Of a stretch of DNA of 20,000 bases, positions 16,312 to 20,000 are shown piece by piece. This stretch comes from an uncultured virus (IMG/VR IMGVR_UViG_3300028593_000715) (Duplodnaviria; Heunggongvirae; Uroviricota; Caudoviricetes). Every line of letters starts with the position of its first letter. Position 1 is the first letter of the stretch. Position numbers and translations under genes: made by a program. The stretch lies in the IMG/VR virus record IMGVR_UViG_3300028593_000715; one strand, 5' to 3'. Below the pieces are notes generated by a model. That model made no database searches and had not been told where the DNA came from. It worked only from the letters and a program-made list of their open reading frames with translations.

Positions 16312-16997
16312 GGCACGCCTATCAGTAATAGTATTACAGAGCTGCACACCATGATGCGTTACTTGGAGTATGACTTCCTGAACGATCACGGATTACAGCA
16401 CTTTGATAATTGGATAGCAGTTTTCGGTGAACAAAAAACCGATTGGGAGTTAAAGCCTGCGGGAAACGGCTTCAAGGAGCGAACCCGTATTGCAAACTAT
16501 ACGGGCTTGCCTGAGCTTATGTCTATGTTCAAGCAAGTGGCTGACATTCGTACTGCGGATACGCTGAAACTTGATGTGCCTGACTGTGATTATCAGGTGG
16601 TTCAGGTCGATGCTACTCCTTTTCAGCAGGAGCTTGTTCAAGAATTGGCTGATCGTGCAGATGCTATCAATGCAGGCAATGTTGATCCCACGATTGACAA
16701 TATGCTCAAGATTACGTCGGATGGAAGAAAGCTCGGTCTTGATCCGAGATTGATTGATCCATCATTTGAGGATAACCCCGACACAAAGTTAAATAAGTGC
16801 GTTGAGAATGTTGCCCGTATCCACGCTGAAACGGCTGAGGATAGGCTCACACAGATTATTTTCTGTGATTTGGGTGTGCCGCACAAGGCAGCAGGAGAAG
16901 CAGAGGTAGAGGGCGAAGATGCCGATGATGCTATAGATAAGAAATCTATCGCTGAAATCGAGTCACTTGAAGAAGAATGCGACTTTTGCGTGTATGA
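16312..16997 (+). pseudogene. Internal fragment of an ICE SNF2-type helicase/DNA methylase gene
   Basis: Begins GTPISNSITELHTMMRYL (helicase motif III) with an in-frame TAA at 16297-16299. Contains FDNWIAVFGE, DNMLKITSDGRKLGLDPRL, TQIIFCDLGVP. Family resemblance stops after CDFCVY. Confidence 0.88.
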
Positions 16998-17033
16998 GCA
17001 AACATTATCTAATGGATACACATTAACTCATAC

Positions 17034-18679
17034 TTACTTAAATTCGGGCTTTTCTCCCTCGGCAAGCCCATTATTAAGGAACTTGTAATAAATCTGAATA
17101 CGGCGAGGTGTGTTTTTATCCTTTGAGCGTTCACCGACCACAATGTACTCAATCAGGTCTACACACATTTCTCTCGTCAGCTCAGGTGCATCAGCGTTCT
17201 GTTTCAGACGGCGGATAAATTCCTCAATATCGTCCTTTGCCTTACTGTCCTGTTCCAATGCAGCGGTAAGGCTTTCTACTTTCTCCGTCAGCTCTGCTTC
17301 TTCTGTGCGGAACTGACCGAGCATTTCAAGGCACAAGTCCTCCGGCACCTTGCCGAGCAGCTTGTCCTGATAGACTTTCTGTGTCATCATCTTCAACTCG
17401 GCAAGCCTTGACTGGTGCTTTGCAAGCTGCTGACGGGCATCGTCAAGGAATTTTGTTCCGTCCGCTTCCTTGCGTTTGAGAAACTCCTGTCGGGCTTCAT
17501 CTTCGTTCTCGATCACATACTTTGCCTTTGCGTGAATATCAGCAAGCACGATCTTTTCAATCTGCTTCTGGCTGATATAGTGAGTGGTACAAGTGCTTGC
17601 ACCGCATCGGCTGTATGTACCGCAGGCATAGAAATAATTGACAGAGCCGTCCTTTTTCTTTGCGTGACCGTTCAGCTTCATTTTCGCACCGCAGTCAGGG
17701 CAGAACATCAAACTATTCAGCGGAAGAACAATGCCCTTTTTCATAATTTTGCCGTGGCTTGCACAGCGGTCAATCTCTTGGCACTTGTCCCAAAGATCCT
17801 GAGAAATAATAGGCTCGTGAGTATGCTCCGCAATAACCCACTCGTCTTTACTTCTACGGACGGACTTGTGATTTTTGAATGATACCGTAGTGTATCTCTG
17901 CTGTGCGAGGTTGCCGATGTAAATAGGATTGCTGAGGATATTTCTCACCGCAACATGACTCCAATAATGGAATGTGTTTTTGTACATATTCGGCTTTCCC
18001 AACCTCTGCGCCCGATAGTCGGACGGAATAGGGATACCCTCAGCGTTCAGCTTTTTGCGATCTGTGTCGGCGTGATACCCGTTGCACGAAGCTCGAAGAT
18101 ACGGCGTACCACCTGTGCGGCAGGCTCATCAATGACAGGTGTGTGCTTTTCATCATCACTTTTGAGATAGCCATAGGCGGCATAAGAAGCGATATACTTT
18201 CCCTCTTTGGCATTCTGAGCAAGGACACTACGCACCTTTTTGGAAGTATTTGCGGCGTGCCATTCATTGAACAAATTCATGATCGGCATTAAGTCCATTG
18301 CCGTACTGTTGCGGTCAAGCGTATCCACATTGTCGCTCAGGGCGATGAAGCGGATATTGAACGAAGGAAAAATGTAGTCGATGTACTGACCGACCTCGAT
18401 GTAATTACGACCGAAACGAGATAAATCTTTCACAAGAATAAGATTGATTTTGCCCGACTTAGCATCGTCAAGAATCTGCTTAATGCCGGGGCGGTCAAAA
18501 TTTGTTCCGCTGTAACCATCGTCCTCGCAAATCTCCACCAAGTTCCAACCTGCCTGCTGACTAACATAGTCCGTCAGCATTTTCTTCTGATTTTCTATGG
18601 AGAGGGACTCGCCCTCTCGCATATCTTCCTGTGATAATCTCACATAAATACCCACATTGTAGGTTGACTGTCTTGTCAT
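17034..18679 (-). pseudogene. Large serine recombinase (TnpX-like: resolvase, recombinase, Zn ribbon, DUF4368-like), frameshifted near 18052-18056
   Basis: YVRLS, DDGYSGTNFDRPG, KDLSRFGRN, HEPIIS, CPDCG...YACG. The two ORFs join as IAKKLNAEGIPIPSDY if one A is added to the A5 run. Start ATG 18679 with AAAGGAG RBS. Confidence 0.9.
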
Positions 18680-18704
18680 GACATACTCCTTTCCAATCAA
18701 GACA

Positions 18705-18751
18705 GCCATATTCGACATTTCTATTATAGCGCAGAAACCCGAATATGGCAA
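18705..18751 (-). promoter_or_regulatory. Recombinase promoter with flanking 10-bp inverted repeat
   Basis: TTGCCA, 17 bp spacer, TATAAT (18751-18723); GCCATATTCG (18705-18714) and CGAATATGGC (18740-18749). Confidence 0.7.
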
Positions 18752-18770
18752 GTCCTTTTTTCTCTTTTTT

Positions 18771-18965
18771 TCAGACTTGTCCTACGGTCTCTGCATAGGC
18801 TCTTTCAAAAGCCATTCTGTAAAGCTCCTTGTCGAGATTTTTCTCCCCGACATAGTGGCTTGTGACGGTAAAAAGCTGACCGTCGATCTCATAGGTTGCT
18901 TCGCTTACGGGCTTATCTTTATATCGCTCGTTCAGCTCTGCAAGGGTAGCATCGTTTGTTGTCAA
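18771..18965 (-). CDS. TnpW-family small transposon protein
   Basis: 64 aa, TYEIDGQLFTVTSHYVGEKNLDKELYRM pattern, directly upstream of a TnpX-like recombinase; AAAGGAG RBS with TTG start. Confidence 0.65.
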   Translation of the reverse strand: MTTNDATLAELNERYKDKPVSEATYEIDGQLFTVTSHYVGEKNLDKELYRMAFERAYAETVGQV

Positions 18966-19106
18966 TTTTCTCCTTTCCGCCTGCGATTATCTATCTATAC
19001 ACGCAAGGGCTTTTTGTTGCAGGGGCGTTACTCCTGCACAGTAGCCGTATGGAGAAACAGCCGTCAGCCGTTCCTCCACGGCTATCGTTTTATTGTCGGT
19101 TATATC

Positions 19107-19514
19107 TCAAACCGCATAGGGGTTAGGCTTTTCATCGAAGAGCGAAGTCTGCCCGATTGCTTCATCGACAGCACCGCTGTCGGCATCGTCCGAGCCGTTG
19201 TCGGTATCATCATCGGAGCTATCAGCCAGTCCCTCAATATCGGCATAGCTCATACCGCTTGCGGTCAGCTTGCCGATCAGCGTATGCTCCGCTGTCACAG
19301 CATCAAGAAGCTCCTGTCCCTCTTTACCGTAAAGCTCGGAGAGTTGTCCGTAGGTATAGAGCTTGTTCTCCATAATGATCTTGTGCTTACGCTTCAGAGC
19401 ATTCTGAATGGACTTCTCAATCTTGTCGAGCTTTTCATCATTCTCAGACAGCACACCGCCCTTGACGGTATCAGCAGACTTGTCAGCGACCTCTACTTTA
19501 TCCTTGACCTTCAT
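19107..19514 (-). CDS. Hypothetical protein (135 aa) with acidic tail ending in a QTSLF motif
   Basis: GAGGTG RBS; upstream TATAAT (19572-19577) and inverted repeat TATCGTGGG/CCCACGATA (19540-19569). Confidence 0.7.
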   Translation of the reverse strand: MKVKDKVEVADKSADTVKGGVLSENDEKLDKIEKSIQNALKRKHKIIMENKLYTYGQLSELYGKEGQELLDAVTAEHTLIGKLTASGMSYADIEGLADSSDDDTDNGSDDADSGAVDEAIGQTSLFDEKPNPYAV

Positions 19515-20000
19515 TCACATCACCTCTTTTCTGTTTGGTATCGTGGGATATGAATTAACCCCCACGATAATATTATAGCGCGCAACACCGCCGTTTGTCT
19601 ACTGGCATTGCGCTCAAACTTTCTGTCTCGTTAGCGTTTCTCCGTTCGACAAATTGTTATGGGGAATTTCAAAATGCAGACCGACCATATCATCATTTCA
19701 CCCTACTTCTCAACGATGATATTAGCCGATAGGGTATGACCGAGGACAGTCCGATCTCTTTGCGATATGTATAAAAATTCGCTGTTGAATTTAGGCATAA
19801 GGGAGAACCGTGATGAACAAAGTGTAAACTTTTGCAAATTTCTTTGTCCAAACCTCAAAATCCTCGGATATATAGTAGACCTGCTAATAAAAGTCAATAC
19901 CTCAGAATGCAATTTCACGAAACTTTCATATACGGAAAAATGGGCATGACAATAAGACCGCCGAAGCGGCCTAAAAAAATGAAATGCAGTTGTAGCCGAC

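Larger units (their letters stand above)
16998..20000. mobile_element. Serine-recombinase (TnpX/TnpW-type) integrative element inserted in the SNF2 gene; other end not identified
   Basis: The recombinase stop lies about 36 bp from the point where SNF2 similarity ends. Confidence 0.65.

Noticed and set aside
16351..17088. 245-aa ORF as an intact gene
   Set aside because: Helicase similarity begins upstream of its ATG and ends near 16997; the tail is read-through into the inserted element.
18678..19553. 291-aa plus-strand ORF
   Set aside because: Runs antisense across two better-supported genes and a promoter; no RBS or recognisable domain.
19703..19949. Short ORFs on both strands at the right end
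   Set aside because: No convincing RBS or motif; the region cannot be interpreted without flanking sequence.

Overview
Accessory region from a Firmicutes (Clostridia-like) genome that appears to be built from nested mobile elements. Positions 1-~12240 look like one end of a prophage-like or integrative element. It holds a leftward early/replication module (sigma-70-like factor, small ORFs, DUF2800 Cas4-like nuclease, DUF2815 SSB-like protein) and then AT-rich cargo: two orphan ORFs, a 638-aa ImmA/IrrE metallopeptidase-HTH protein, and a divergent operon of XRE HTH, two C5-cytosine methyltransferases, McrB-like AAA+ NTPase, LlaJI/McrC-like nuclease and a stand-alone Mrr_N winged helix. This block abuts a type I R-M operon (hsdR, Mrr-like nuclease, hsdM) whose hsdM breaks off exactly at the SAM-binding motif; hsdS is not in the window. 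To the right, a ~690-bp internal fragment of an ICE SNF2-helicase/methylase gene is cut on both sides, followed by a TnpX/TnpW-type serine-recombinase element whose recombinase carries a 1-nt frameshift. The most interesting signals are a possible CapP/CapH-like protease switch on an R-M operon, apparent disruption of one R-M system by an element carrying another, a loxP/FRT-shaped site near that junction, and repeated structured non-coding motifs. Family assignments come from motif recognition only; no searches were run.
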